Source: Antedon mediterranea
Lineage: Eukaryota > Animalia > Echinodermata
Assembly: GCF_964355755.1 (NCBI RefSeq)
Contig: NC_092677.1
Coordinates: 2,812,101 to 2,876,100, forward strand
DNA length: 64,000 nucleotides
Reading direction: 5' to 3'
In this document: in pieces, positions 52,201 to 64,000 of the stretch
Layout: each line of letters opens with the position of its first letter
Numbering within the stretch: position 1 is the stretch's first letter
Made by a program: the position numbers and the translations under genes
The notes under the pieces: generated by a model
What the model saw: only the letters and a program-made list of their open reading frames with translations
Told to the model about the DNA's origin: nothing
The model's database searches: none

Positions 52201-54477
52201 CATGCTAATTTTTTGGGTGTATCCATTGATAGTCGTCTGACATGGAAACCCCATGTTATTGAGACAGAAAACAAAATCTCAAAAAATATTGGTATAATTT
52301 GTAGACTGGCATCTTTTCTTCCACATCATATTCTCCGAACACTCTATACTGCTCCCTTGTTTTGCCATATCTTTTATATTGCAATATCGTTTGGTGTAAC
52401 ACATTCCCATCTAATTTAAATAAACTTCAAATAGGGCCTACTACAAAAGAAAATCATTCGAATAATTTCGAATGTTTCACCTAGAACTAGTACAGATCCT
52501 TTATTTCGTTCTCTCAAATTATTAAAATTAACAGATATTAATATTTTCCAACAATGTTTATTTATTTACAAAAGCCAAAATGCTCTTCTCTTCCATCTCA
52601 TTTACGCGATATGTTTTCTCCCAATTATGAATTTCATGGCTATTCCACAAGAATCCTCAATAACCTTCATATTCCTAAACACAAAAAGACTTCTTTTCAA
52701 CATAATATTAGATTTACTGGACCCAAGATATGGAACTCACTTCCTAACAAAATTACAACTTCTGCAAACAAACATAGCTTCGTCTTTAACACTAAACAAT
52801 ATCTAATACAAAAGTAAATTAATTAACTAGTTATATTCTATAGGTATCAGTTTTTATTGTTTTCATATTCCGTTATGGTAATTACTTTATTCCTATATAC
52901 CATTTACTATTATTTACTAATTTGATTTGAGTTACTTTTTGTTTTGTTCAGGCACTTTCAACACAAGCTTTTGCTTTTTAGAAATTGTGCCTCCTTCATA
53001 ATATTGTTTTATTCATTTTAAAGATGAGAAAAAAAAAAATTGTATTGTTTTAACTATCTTTCTTCTCGTCATGAATTTTGTATTATATTATTTATTTTGT
53101 ATATTATGAAGGAAATAAATGTTACTATGAAATGAAATAAAATAAAATTGTGGACACGTGTACGTGTGTGTACGCAATTTGTTATCGTGTGTATCTCGCT
53201 CGCGCGCACACCTATTCAGGTTATTAGATATTGGCCTACAGTAATTTGAAATAACATTTCTTGGCTAGGCATATACACATTAAACATACTCAAGTATCTT
53301 GTAATTAAATAGAGTGAAGTGTATACAAAGTTCTTTACACAGGGTGTTTTTAAAATTGTACGCACACAATCGACATTTAACGAACGCGTGCGCGCGCGTA
53401 CAAACCCCGTTGTATGTATATTGGAAATATTCTTTTTTTGATAAAAAGAATATTTCCAATATACTTATACCTACAAACCAGATGAACATTTTCAATCAAC
53501 CCCGTTGTATAATGTTGGAAAACCTTCTAATCATACCTGTATCCATTCTTCTCCTGAAAAATTAGTCGCCGGTATCCATCCGCTTCTTTCGTTAATAAGA
53601 CGAGCTTCACTTGCAGAATGACCCTCCAGTGACGACGATGACGTAAACATGTCGTCCGTTACTTCCACCTTACTATACGCGCACTCTAAAAATTTAAAAT
53701 ATAAAAAAGGGGGTAACGGAACATTCTGTCAGATCATTAAACTGAACACGTTTTCTTAGTTGCGCAGTACCCTAGTAGTAGAAGTAGGTCTTCTGCCTGT
53801 AGTGCTATTTGCTTTCTAAAGGCCCATTTAAACTAGGGCGATAACGATCGATGGACGATAAAAAGATAAATAGGCATTTTTCATAAAAAGGAAATTAAAA
53901 AAACTATAGGATAACCATCTATGCTGCCTGTGATGAAAATTATATTTTCACACGTCCAATCAATGGTAAGAGCAATAATATATCGTGACAATACAACGAT
54001 TTTATTGTTTTTATTGATCATAACGTATTTTGGTTGGATTAAAAAAACACATTTAATCAAAGACAGCATAAATGATTATACTATAGTTATAACAAAAACT
54101 TTTCTAATTTATTTTGTTTTATGCAATAAAAATGTATGTTTATCTATTTAACGTCGATTGTTATCGTCCTAGTGTAAATGGGCCTTAACTTACCTTTCGT
54201 ACCACCTTCATTTATCGTGAATACCAAAATGATTACGATCTGAAAATATAAGATTAAAAAACATAAATAATTTTTGTTGTTAACGTTTCTGCAGTCATTT
54301 CCAGGTAGTAAAAGTATATCGTGTGAACAGGAATTTTCAGGTATTTCATGTGAAATGTCGTGTAAACAGGTACTTTACATGTATTTCATGTAAAATATCG
54401 TGTAAACAGGTACTTTACGTGTATTTCATTTGAAAGATCGTGTGAATACGTAGTATACTTACAATGTTCAACTGCAT
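40267..54477 (-). CDS. Secreted mosaic protein of about 970-980 aa: signal peptide, 3x FA58C/discoidin, 2x SRCR-like, unknown domain, C-type lectin. Exons: 54463-54477, 54194-54239, 53537-53685, 51312-51509, 50907-50936, 50208-50340, 47365-47522, 46793-46924, 46502-46661, 46036-46214, 45737-45871, 45304-45466, 44533-44817, 43637-43948, 42737-42772, 41888-42358, 41085-41273, 40299-40412; 3' end uncertain
   Basis: All joins are GT-AG and phase-compatible. Leader MQLNIIVIILVFTINEGG; FA58C motifs ARL..GWIP..EWIQV..VTGITIRG..RFDIFGC; SRCR-like VRL..VEV..W..VC..VCQYLGY..C..LLQC; lectin-like CPS..W..KWCF..C..IW..C..C..NVIC. Confidence 0.8.
40744..41018 (+). mobile_element. tRNA-derived SINE with a Deu/Nin-like central domain
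   Basis: TGGCCGAGTGG and GGTTCGAGGC boxes; CGGATAAGGACTATAAACCGTA..GAGTAGGGGGTTACCCCGGTG; (TCAA)n tail. Confidence 0.75.
42431..42586. mobile_element. Palindromic MITE family GGTTCCCACTAG..GACCAATCACAAGCGA; other copies at about 41750, 44138, 44951 and 45577
   Basis: Inverted ends and an internal inverted TGACCAATCAC motif recur across introns. Confidence 0.7.
42857..43320. mobile_element. MITE with a ~50-bp TIR
   Basis: AGGGGAGTTTTCACAACCTTACGAGTACGATAACGAAAACGGATACGTC is inverted at 43271-43320. Confidence 0.8.
47614..49534. mobile_element. 1.92-kb foldback DNA transposon, IS3EU-like
   Basis: Termini TACGGTGGCCCACAAC/GTTGTGGGCCACCGTA; 6-bp TSD GGTCTG; arms of about 750-850 bp built from 21-bp, 36-bp and TTCGGC repeats around a ~320-bp spacer. 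Confidence 0.88.
49740..50263 (-). repeat. About 6 tandem copies (87-101 bp) of an exon 3' end plus GTAAGT donor
   Basis: ACTTACCTTCCGGACAAGAA at about 49835, 49936, 50024, 50111 and 50202 (real exon), plus a degenerate copy at about 49745. Confidence 0.92.
51676..53147 (+). mobile_element. 5'-truncated LINE (CR1/L2 group) with RT domain, antisense within an intron
   Basis: VFVDLSKAFD..GVPQGSLLGPLLF..YADDT; frameshifted C-terminus; 3' UTR with a (TGAAA)/(TAAAA) tail. Confidence 0.93.
53821..54185. mobile_element. Harbinger-like MITE
   Basis: GGCCCATTTAAACTAGGGCGATAAC / GTTATCGTCCTAGTGTAAATGGGCC inverted ends. Confidence 0.75.
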
Positions 54478-55009
54478 GACGACAGGAGCTATGCTTGCTA
54501 CATGTCAACTCAGCTGGTACTCTCGCGATATGACAGCTTATGATATGTACAGTTGTAGTTAAGTAGTGATAATTTTTATTCGTGGCAATGAATATTTTAA
54601 AGTAAATTGACCGACCTATTAAAAGCGACATCAACTTGGCAAGAGTCGTAACTCCGTTATTTGCATGTAATTTACTTAAGTACACATTGTGTGTATTTTC
54701 ATTTACTACTGTAATTGAATTTAAGATATACATTGTTAAAATTGTTATTACTAGTTATATACAATAACTCATTGCTATTTTAGATATACAGTATTGTTAT
54801 TTATTTTTAGGCTAAGTGTTTACATTATCAATTTATTATTGATTATTGATTTGAGGTGTAGATCCTAAATGTCACCATTATCTTGTTTAAGTTTAATGTG
54901 CTGTATTGTAAATTATCTATTATGAGTAAACGTTTTTATTAGATTAGGAAAATAATAATTATGGTAATTCACGATCATAAACACGCAATTATCTTTGTGT
55001 AAAAGAAAT

Positions 55010-55357
55010 GTAGTCATATGGCCGAGCGGTTAAGGCAGGGCGCCGTTTACCGTACCTAAAGAGCCAACAACAACATCGGCAAGGGTTCGAGGCCGACTCG
55101 CTCCTAGTTCTGGTGGTGGAACAAGTCTTCTCGGATAAGGACTATAAACCGTAGGTCCAGTGTACACAGTTATAACCTGTGTGTACTTTAAAGAACCCAG
55201 TTCATTATTCGAAAAAGAGTAGGGGGTTAACTGGTTCACACAATAGCCCCTGTATCAGGGGGATTACCACCTATCTGATAGGACAGTGATTAATTCACTA
55301 TTGGTAATCCTTGGCCACATTGCCTAAAGACATAAAATAAATAAATAAATAAATAAA
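55010..55357 (+). mobile_element. tRNA-derived Deu/Nin-like SINE, same family as 40744
   Basis: TGGCCGAGCGG and GGTTCGAGGC boxes; CGGATAAGGACTATAAACCGTAGGTCC..AAAGAACCC..TTCGAAAAAGAGTAGGGG; (TAAA)n tail. Confidence 0.8.
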
Positions 55358-56193
55358 ATTTAAACTTATAAATTATTTACAGAATATATGATATTTATTA
55401 TTATGGACAAGAAAGTTTTCCGAAATTACTTTTTTTTATATATTATAATTGGTGGCGTCACATTTTCATTGCGGTCGGTGAATTTGCATACCAGGAGTAA
55501 GTAATGTACAGTGATATCATCGGGTACGTGTTCAAGTGCGCAGATTAAGACAATGGGGACGGGTGAGTAGAAAACCCTGCAATTTAAAAGTCACAATAGG
55601 CGCCGCAAAATGTACAATATTCATTGTCGTGTATTTATAAATGTTGATCTATCTGGCTTTTTATTAGCCGTGTGTGCCAATACAATATAGATTTGTTTTG
55701 GCTTCATACCGAATTGGGAAACTTTTATCTTATTATTATTCTGGCAACAATTAAAATGATGGCCGCTGCACGATCGTCGCGTATACAGAAACATAAATTT
55801 TAGCATTAATAAATGCAGGAAAGTGTCTATTAATCAGTAGAAACAGTGTTTAATCAACATATACTAGGTATGCCTAAAATTTTATGTAATTGTTGCTGAA
55901 ATATATGGCTAACATAGTGCCTAGGCCTAGCCAAGGACCGAGTCTAATTTCGCAGCAGCACACAATAACTGCATTATTAGCGCCCGGATAAATAGCTAGG
56001 CCGCCTAGGTAGGCCTATCCGCCAGGCCAGGCTTACTACTGTAGTCTGTAGGCCTTGATTGGGCATAACGCCTAGGGTAGCTAGCACTACTCTCTAGCCG
56101 AATTCCAGTAAAGCATAGCAATTTGCGAATTACACACCGCAAGTTTCTTTGTGCATAACATAAAAATGTATTAAAATTAAATAATTTGTAGAG

Positions 56194-58025
56194 ATGGCTT
56201 CAGGTGGAGATAAAGAAGAAGACGAGTTTACTTGTGCAATCTGTCTGGAAATTTACATAAAACCAGTCAAGATACAGTGTGGCCATGTGTAGGTATTTTG
56301 TACACTTTAATATAATAACACCTGGACATATATGCAAATGAGGTAGTTATATAAATCATTAATATAAATAAAAAAGCAGTACTACTATGTAAAATTATTG
56401 TTCTACGTTCAGTTTAAACAAAAAAGGTACAGTAGAAAGAATAAGAAATATTAAAATAATAATATGTCTTATTAAAATATATATAGTTATATTATAACTA
56501 TTCAAAATGACTAACAATAATATTATATAGAATTTATCTAAATAAACCAATCATTTTTCTTATTTAGGTTATATAAATAATTGTATAGAATGAAGTATAT
56601 ATTGATTGCTATTCAATAAAACAAATATTTTTGTATTGTCAGTTTAAAAAAAAAAAGTAGATGAAATGTTTTCTTGTTAAAATTAGCTTTTGCACTGGCT
56701 GTATATCAGACGACTCACAGTTAGCATCGCCAAAGTGTTCACTTTGCCGTGAAGTGTATAACCCAGTAAAAACAAGAAAAGATAAAGAGTTGGAAAAAAA
56801 GATGGACAAGACAAAAAGAAATTGTTCTGGATGCCAAAAAAAGGTGAATTTAAAATCGATGAATATTTTGTTTTAATAACATTAGTTTTTGTTTCATCAT
56901 TGGAAAATTACTGAAAAAAAAAATGATTTTGTTTTTTTATTTGATGAATTTTTGTTGCCTTTCAATAAAACTTTCAGTTTATGAATAAATTTTAATCATT
57001 TAAATTTTTTTTGCAGTTTTCTCTTTCAAAATTAAATGTTCATATGTCAACCTGTGCTAAGCTTGCCGTCAACTCCGGTCTACACCAGTTCCAACCAATT
57101 GCCAAAACAAACCAAAAACACGAGTAAGAATCCATTCATCATTGTTGTATAAATATTGAGTTCAACGAACTTAAGTTAATATACTTATTGTACAAAATTA
57201 AAATATAAGTGTGTTAAGCTCTGTCTACACTATCAAACTTTTTCTGACAAAACAATGTGATGTGCCCATATATAGACATGATGATGTCATATCACTACCA
57301 CATTTGGGCATATCACTACCACATTTGGGCACATCAAACTGTTTTGATAGTGAAGACAGAACTTTAGAGAAGAATAAGAACCACCACTTACTGTATCTTT
57401 GCTATCTCCTTTAGGGTAGTAAATCGCTCTACATTTAAGTGTCCATACTGCGGTGCCCGTAACTTGGACTGCGAAGGATTACGTAAACATTGCAACCAGA
57501 TGCACAAGAACGACACGGCTCCCGTAACCTGTCCGATCTGCGCATCCATGCCGTGGGGCGACCCCAACTACAAGAGTTCAGATTTTCTCAGTCATCTCAA
57601 TATGAGACATAAATTTGAATATGGAACTTATGTTGTAAGTTGTTATTAAGTCTAGCTGTGATGTACCATATATGGACATGATGATGTCATACCTACCGTA
57701 TTTGGATATATAACTACCATATAATATAAACACATCAGGCATAGAACATTAATTCTAAACCGCCCGGTGATATACTGAAATTTAATTAATTCATTTGAAA
57801 CAATAAAGATAAGGAAATCTGTGAGAATGAGAAAAAGTCGCCCAAACCGAGACTCGAACTCGGAACCTTCTGCTTGATATGCAGCTGTCCTACCATTCAT
57901 GGTATTGTTAAAAAATATATATATAATATATAACCATAATCTTGTCTGTATTATTTAAGGATTTCCACAACAATGAGGATGAAGTACTCCGTCAGGTTTT
58001 AGAACAATCTCTAATGCAGAAATGA
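56194..58025 (+). CDS. RNF166: RING finger E3 ligase, 214 aa (RING, C2HC, Di19-type zinc fingers, UIM); exons 56194-56288, 56687-56843, 57017-57123, 57415-57634, 57960-58025
   Basis: [20 protein letters not shown]; [37 protein letters not shown] is closest to RNF166 within the RNF114/125/138/166 family; phases consistent. Confidence 0.88.
57218..57362. mobile_element. High-copy MITE with TIR GCTCTGTCTACACTATCAAAC; about 10 full or partial copies (about 10980, 19010, 39700, 41395, 46340, 50399, 57218, 57655, 61774, 62726)
   Basis: Conserved core TGTGATGTGCCCATATATGGACATGATGATGTCATATCACTACCATATTTGG with a variable internal repeat number. Confidence 0.88.
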
Positions 58026-60044
58026 ATAGTGGAATACTTGGGATGATGTAATAGAAGAGGAGGATTATGGGATACATACATGTCACAAATAAGTATCATG
58101 TACAACATACCATCTTCACTCATTATTAAATGTGTAACGTTCGAGTGCAATGTCTTAGCCCCAGTGGGGTAACCCTAAGGCCCCTTGTTTAGCAGCCCTA
58201 AGTGGCCCTCCAGCGTTCGGCATTTTTAGCCTTTTTTTGACATATTTTAATGCCAATTCATTTAATGCTCAGGGGCCCTAGGGTTTAGCCAGTTGGCACT
58301 CATAGTTGTTATGCCACTGCCAGCCCGGCATGTTGTTTTACTGCTGTATAAATGTTTGTGCCATCTTTAACAAATTACTTGGTTTTTACTCTTAATACTC
58401 CACTATTTTGTCTGACATTGAAATGTATGTACCATGTGCGTTGTAACATGTTTAATGTATCATGTTTAGTGCCATGTAAATAATGTACTATGTGATAATA
58501 TATAATGCACCATAATAATCTGACACAGGGTATTGTAATATGTTATAATTTCTGTATCCATCATTTGCGGTACCAATGGTACCATTCCTCTGCCAATGTA
58601 CCACATACCAGTGTGCTATGTACCCGTCCCACCATTGTACCATCCATTTTGATGCAATAACAATTTGCTTAAAATGAGTAAAACTTTAAATTATATTCAT
58701 TGAGTGGTAAGTAATGAAAATGAATAGGGAAGAAAAACAAACAATCCGCTTACTAATATTTGTGTACTAATACTAGTAATGTTCTAGACAGAGATTTGGA
58801 AAAAGATAAAAAATATGGCACAAATGGCACGTGTCATACGTATAGGGCAAGTATATGTGTTTGTTGTTCATGTGGTTGTGTAACAATAGCACAACATTGA
58901 TCCATAGATGTCGTTGACAAAAGACATTTATGAACTGTTTAGACTTGTTTATGCGTTTCCATGACAATATATTATAATATATTATTGTAGTTCGATTGAC
59001 TTCTTATAAATTGCTGGCAATTTCAAACCACTTTATTTGTTTTCTTATTTTTTATTTCGCAAAAACTGCAAATAACAAACTATGGAAATTCTTCTTTTTA
59101 TTTATTTATAAATATATTAATTTGTACATTTCTCCTAGAATATTCTGAATTAGCTAAAAAGTTTTACAATTTATATTCTAGTAAATACATTCTATTGAAA
59201 TGTAAAATAAATTATAGTTGAAAGTTGCTAAATATTTAGTTCTGTTGTTTGTTTACCATGTATAAATATTATCATAAATATAAAATTGAAACCTTTATTT
59301 CAATTTGCGTGAACAGTTATTATATTATTATATTGCATAGCATACATGTAAATACGTGAATTGGTTGAAACTGCATCACATGATTGCAGCTGCGAGGATC
59401 GTAAATCGTATATATCCTTGAGTACGATGATATTGACTGAGTAATTATCGTGTCCCTGTCATTAAACATATAAAATCCAGCAAATTCTCGAGTACGATGA
59501 TTGTAATTTTCGTGTGGCGACACTTGCGTTTGGCGATAAATAAACAAACGTCCTCTACTGGATCTTGAACTCGCGATGAAATTGTCACTCCATCACAAGA
59601 CAACGCTTCATGCCACGGAACTTGCTTGAAGAAATTAATCAACTAAACTGTTTAAACTATGCATACATAGCGCCCTCATTTGTTATTAGTCCTCCCTAGA
59701 TGTGATGAAAGACCGTTTGTGATTGGTTAATACTCACAGTAGTAACTCGGTACGCGCACAACGCGGCGAACATCCGGTGATTCGGCTCGAAGAAGACGAA
59801 TTATTATTTATTCGGCCTACCTGCTTATTGGTGGAAATTCTTCTGTTAATGTTATTATTTAAATGACCTAGGCTAGTGAATATTTGATTAATCATTAATC
59901 ATTAATCATTAATCAGTAATTATCTGTATATTATTCTTCGCAAGGTAAGGTGTCTAGGCAGGCTTGTTTACATACAATACACAAAGGAGGCCTAGCCTAG
60001 CTACTCGACCCAGCAGATCTTCTACTTGTTGTTGGCTATGTAAT

Positions 60045-60240
60045 ATAACAGATATTGCCTTTTTTATATCGGTAAAATATAAGATTTTACATCCCTCGGG
60101 AATGATATTATGTTCTCGGGGAATTATATATTTCCTTCAGCTGGCGCTTCGGGAAATATATACTGTATTCCCTCGAACATATCATTCCCTCGGGGATGTC
60201 AAATCTTATATTTAACCTCTAAGCAGTCAATATCTGTATA
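60045..60240. mobile_element. Palindromic MITE
   Basis: ACAGATATTG..ATAAGATTTTACATCCCTCGGGAATGATA is inverted at about 60179-60238. Confidence 0.7.
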
Positions 60241-60363
60241 ATACAAATGCTTAGTTAGGGACCACGTCAACATTCTTTTACTGCAGTAACTACATTTGTT
60301 TACTCTTCAACCAGTTACTGCAGTAACTACATTTGTTTACTCTTTAACCTGTTTATGCAATTA

Positions 60364-63300
60364 TTATACTACAGGAATTTTACACTTTAAACTGTCCAGT
60401 CGACATAACTCTTTATCTAACAGTTTTTTCATTTCTTTTGCATCCTCCTCCTGTCCAGACTCCTTATACGCCTGACCAAGACACTGCAGTGTCTCTGCAA
60501 TACCTCTATTTTTTAAATGTTGTTGTAATACTCTCCTCCTGATAGCTAAGGCCTCCTTAAATCGTTCTACTGCCTGTGTAAACTTCTTTGCTTTCAGTAG
60601 CGTTTCTCCCAGCTGGTGCAACGTGCCAGCTGTGGACGTGTGTTCATTCGTAAGCATCCGTCTTCTTAACCGTAGTGCTTCTTTAAAACTGTTTTCAGAT
60701 TGTGTGTATTCACCCATCATAGCATACACCTTCCCTCGGTTGTTTTGTATAAGTGAGGTATCGTGGTGATTTAGACCTAGCCTGTGCTGCATTGTGTAAG
60801 CATCATCTAACAGTTTGAGAGCGTCATCGTAGTTACTTCTCTTTGCGTGCTCCATGGCAACGTTGTTAATCGAGATGACTTTATCGCGTGATGGCGCTTT
60901 GTTGAAATGCTGTTTTGTTCTTAAAGACATTCTAGAAATAAATAGCAGACAGAATTAACAGTACAGGAATAATTATTATTGGTATAATTTAGTTGTAATC
61001 AATTCGTACCACTGTTTTCCCCAATAGTGCTGTTCTACTGTTCTTTTGTTATGTACAGTCCTTCTTTGCTCTATCAACCCAATCAGGAACATGCAGACAG
61101 GGATGTTAGTGTCTTTTAGTAGCAAAAGGTTTTAAACCAATATCAATCGCATTTCTTCAGTAAAGCTGACACCAAAGACATATATGTGAGATTTGTAAAC
61201 AACACAAGAGTGCACTTAAGACACATCTGCTGTCGGCTGCCTTTGGAAATGTGTAAGGTTATTGTTTAGCTAGATACCCACATTACTGAGAACACTTGTG
61301 AGTAATGTACTGGCAGGTCTGTGCACCTTAAATTGCCGGTAAACGGAAGCAGTGATGTGGGTTCGATTGGTCTGTTTTTTTTGTTTTTTTTTTCTTTTTG
61401 CAAAATTTGTTTTGTTGTTGTTTTTAGTTTCATGGTTGCATTTCTCATGGTTTTCACAAGCGCCTTGAGCACTTTGTGGATATGTGCGCTCTATAAATCT
61501 TATTATTATTATTATTATTATTAACTTTTCTTACTTAAAATATTTGGTAGCTTCATTTTCAGAGCCAGGACTACGTTGGTAGAAGAGCCCAAAATAGTTG
61601 TATGTCTCCCCGGTTGCGGGATGCTCACCAAAAAGTTGCTTACGAATACGAAGACTTGCTTCAATGTATGGCTTTGCACTTTTTAAATCTCCTAGATAAA
61701 TTAGACAAAAGTTCATTGTCTTTAAGTAAATGGCTTCTGGTTTTGGTCTTTTACTACTGGTGACACTGTTTAAGCTCTGTCTACACTATCAAACTTTATG
61801 TCACAAAAAAATGTGATGTGCCCATATATGGACATGATGATGTCATATTACTACCATATTTGGGCACAACCCACTTTTTTTGTCAAACTAGTTTGATAGT
61901 GTAGAAACTACAGTCAGGGCAAAATGCTTCCTACTTTCTAGAAGTTTTATGTGGTTAAGTTATCAGGATAGTCTAATAATAAAATATTATAAATAAAGAC
62001 TCGCCTATGAAGGTGTGAACGCCCCCTAGTCTTGCCATGGTGGATCCTCCATGTCTGCTGAGTTTTACATCCAGTTCGTCTTGCATTTTAGAGGCTATTT
62101 GAAGATTTCTGGAAGAATATCGAGAAATTGTAATGTGGTAATTTAATTTAAGTTAGTCCTGAAAATAGGAATAAAGTGGTCTTTGTGAATATCTTTATGG
62201 CAACTGCACGAGGTACAGTAACAGATTAACAGCACAAGTCTACAGACTACTTACTCAATTGCTTCTCTTTCATTAGACTGCATATGTAAGTTCCATCCCA
62301 TCGAAGTATAGAGTCTCGCCAATGCCTCTCTGGCTTGTCTCTGCTCATCAACTGTAGACTGGTTTTCAGTGTACTCAGACTTGTATTCAGTGTATTTAGA
62401 CTGATTTTCAGTGTATTTAGACTGATTTTCTGTGTATTTCGACTGGTTCTCAGTGTATTTAGACTGATTTTCAGTGTAAATAGACTGGTTCTCAGTGCAT
62501 TCAGACTGAATATCAGTGTATTTAGAATGGTTCATATTATTGGCAGGCTCTTTGGCATCCTTAAGCTCTTCTATAGCCTGAAGCAGTGATGCTTTTGCTT
62601 GCATGAATATATCTGATGCACATATATAATTACCTAAAACAAAATGATTAGTGTATCCACATTAATACAACATAAGGAAAGGTTGAAGAGCAGGGGATAA
62701 ACGGACAGCAAAATAATGATCTATAGCTCTATCTACACTATCATGTCATATCAGTACCATATTTGGGAATATCACTACCATAGTATATTTGGGCACATCA
62801 CACTTTTTTTTTAGAAGCTTTAGTGTTCAGATAAGCTACCTAGCTCTCCAGCTTTTTAGTCGAGGATATAATTTGAAAAATGTCCGCCGAGCTGGTAAGT
62901 ATTTTGTATATAGAGTATATATATTCTACCACTATGCGCTAAAAAAAATAAATAATTGCCTTTGATGTTTCCAAGTGCTGTCCCATAATGCATCAGCATC
63001 ATACCATGTTGATAAGCAGTACCCTGTAATTTGCTTGAGTTGACGCAAGCTTCGTAGAACTTGACAGCAGAGTGTTTTGGTAAAACATTAATTAAAAGAT
63101 AATCGGCGTCACAAGCAAGTTGTATAAACTTCTCATAGCGTACAGTATCTGAACAATTAACTGCTTCCTTCAAAAGTTTGTCTATATTTTGTACGTCCTG
63201 ATTAAAAAGTGGGAACAGTTTTTCCGGTTTCATCTCAGGTGTTAGACAGCGGACTACATCGATGAAGAACTCGCAGAAACGCTCGCGGGTTGTAACATTA

Positions 63301-64000
63301 TCTCGTAAATGTGAGAAGTTGGCATCAACATATTCTTGAACAAATCCGTGAAAGTAGAAGCGATCAAGCTGTCCGTCTTTTTCGATAAGTGATCGGTTAT
63401 AAATCGGAAAAATGGCATTTTGTTTTACTTCTGCAGTACTCGTTTCTCCAAGCACATGCTTTGCAGCGTTTACGCCGAAACGACCGGGAAAGTAAGCTAG
63501 CGTCACTAAGTACGATTTAATTCTTTTAGATAAGCGTTCAATAATTGACATCAAGTGACGAATGACCTCATCATCTTCGGTTATTATAAATCTAGGTATA
63601 CTGTTCCCTTGATTGTCACCATTATTGGTGACAAAACATTGCTTTACATGCAGGTGGCGTAACACTCCAGGTACACCTGCACAAACTTCAACAAGATCTT
63701 CCAAGACATCTCGTGACATTTCAGAAACAGAATTTAACGTGATCATACTTTTAGAAGTTTCATCAGAAAGTTCTTGCAATTTCATTTCAAAAAATTGTTG
63801 CGTGTAAAAATGAAAACGAAATGTTGAAATGATAATGACTGTTGTGTGTTTTGAACTCGCCAGAGCCTTGCATAATTCAAGAAAATCCGTCTGTGCGTCG
63901 TCCGACGAATAATCTCTACTGAACTCCTCCGCATTGTCAAACACAAATATTTGACGCGATTTGATTCTTCTCAATAGTGCTGGGATAGACATTTTATCAT
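60364..64000 (-). CDS. STAND (NB-ARC-like) NTPase plus C-terminal TPR protein, 5' part outside the window; exons >64000-62960, 62633-62255, 62108-62005, 61691-61535, 60931-60364
   Basis: Walker B IFVFDNAE, sensor VIIIST, GxP motif CAGVPGVL, winged-helix FYFHGFVQEY; kinesin-light-chain-type TPRs (ALRLRRRML..H.STAGTLHQLG); phases consistent. Confidence 0.8.

Noticed and set aside
51676-52419. Domesticated or active reverse transcriptase
   Set aside because: 5'-truncated, lacks the endonuclease domain and is frameshifted downstream; an ordinary dead LINE copy.

Overview
AT-rich, repeat-dense animal genomic DNA with spliceosomal introns; a marine invertebrate, possibly an echinoderm, is my inference. 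Most ORF-track entries are artefacts, so genes were rebuilt by hand from splice sites. Genes: a two-exon IFT57 3' remnant with a frameshift (10.8-11.6 kb, not in the ORF track); a 15-exon TTC12 (12.3-21.2 kb) whose exon 2 is split by an 825-bp TIR element; ATP5MG (37.2-39.3 kb); an 18-exon minus-strand secreted mosaic gene (3x FA58C, 2x SRCR-like, an unknown domain, C-type lectin; 40.3-54.5 kb); RNF166 (56.2-58.0 kb); and the 3' part of a STAND/NB-ARC-TPR gene (60.4-64 kb, minus). The first 30 kb is a nested segmental duplication carrying three copies of an unrecognised ~143-aa ORF. Notable patterns are repeated tandem duplication of splice sites, CTAG/GGCCTA tracts downstream of first exons, a 5S+tRNA composite SINE, an IS3EU-like foldback element and many MITEs. 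No CRISPR or prokaryotic system is present. No database searches were run; identifications rest on remembered homolog sequences and motifs.
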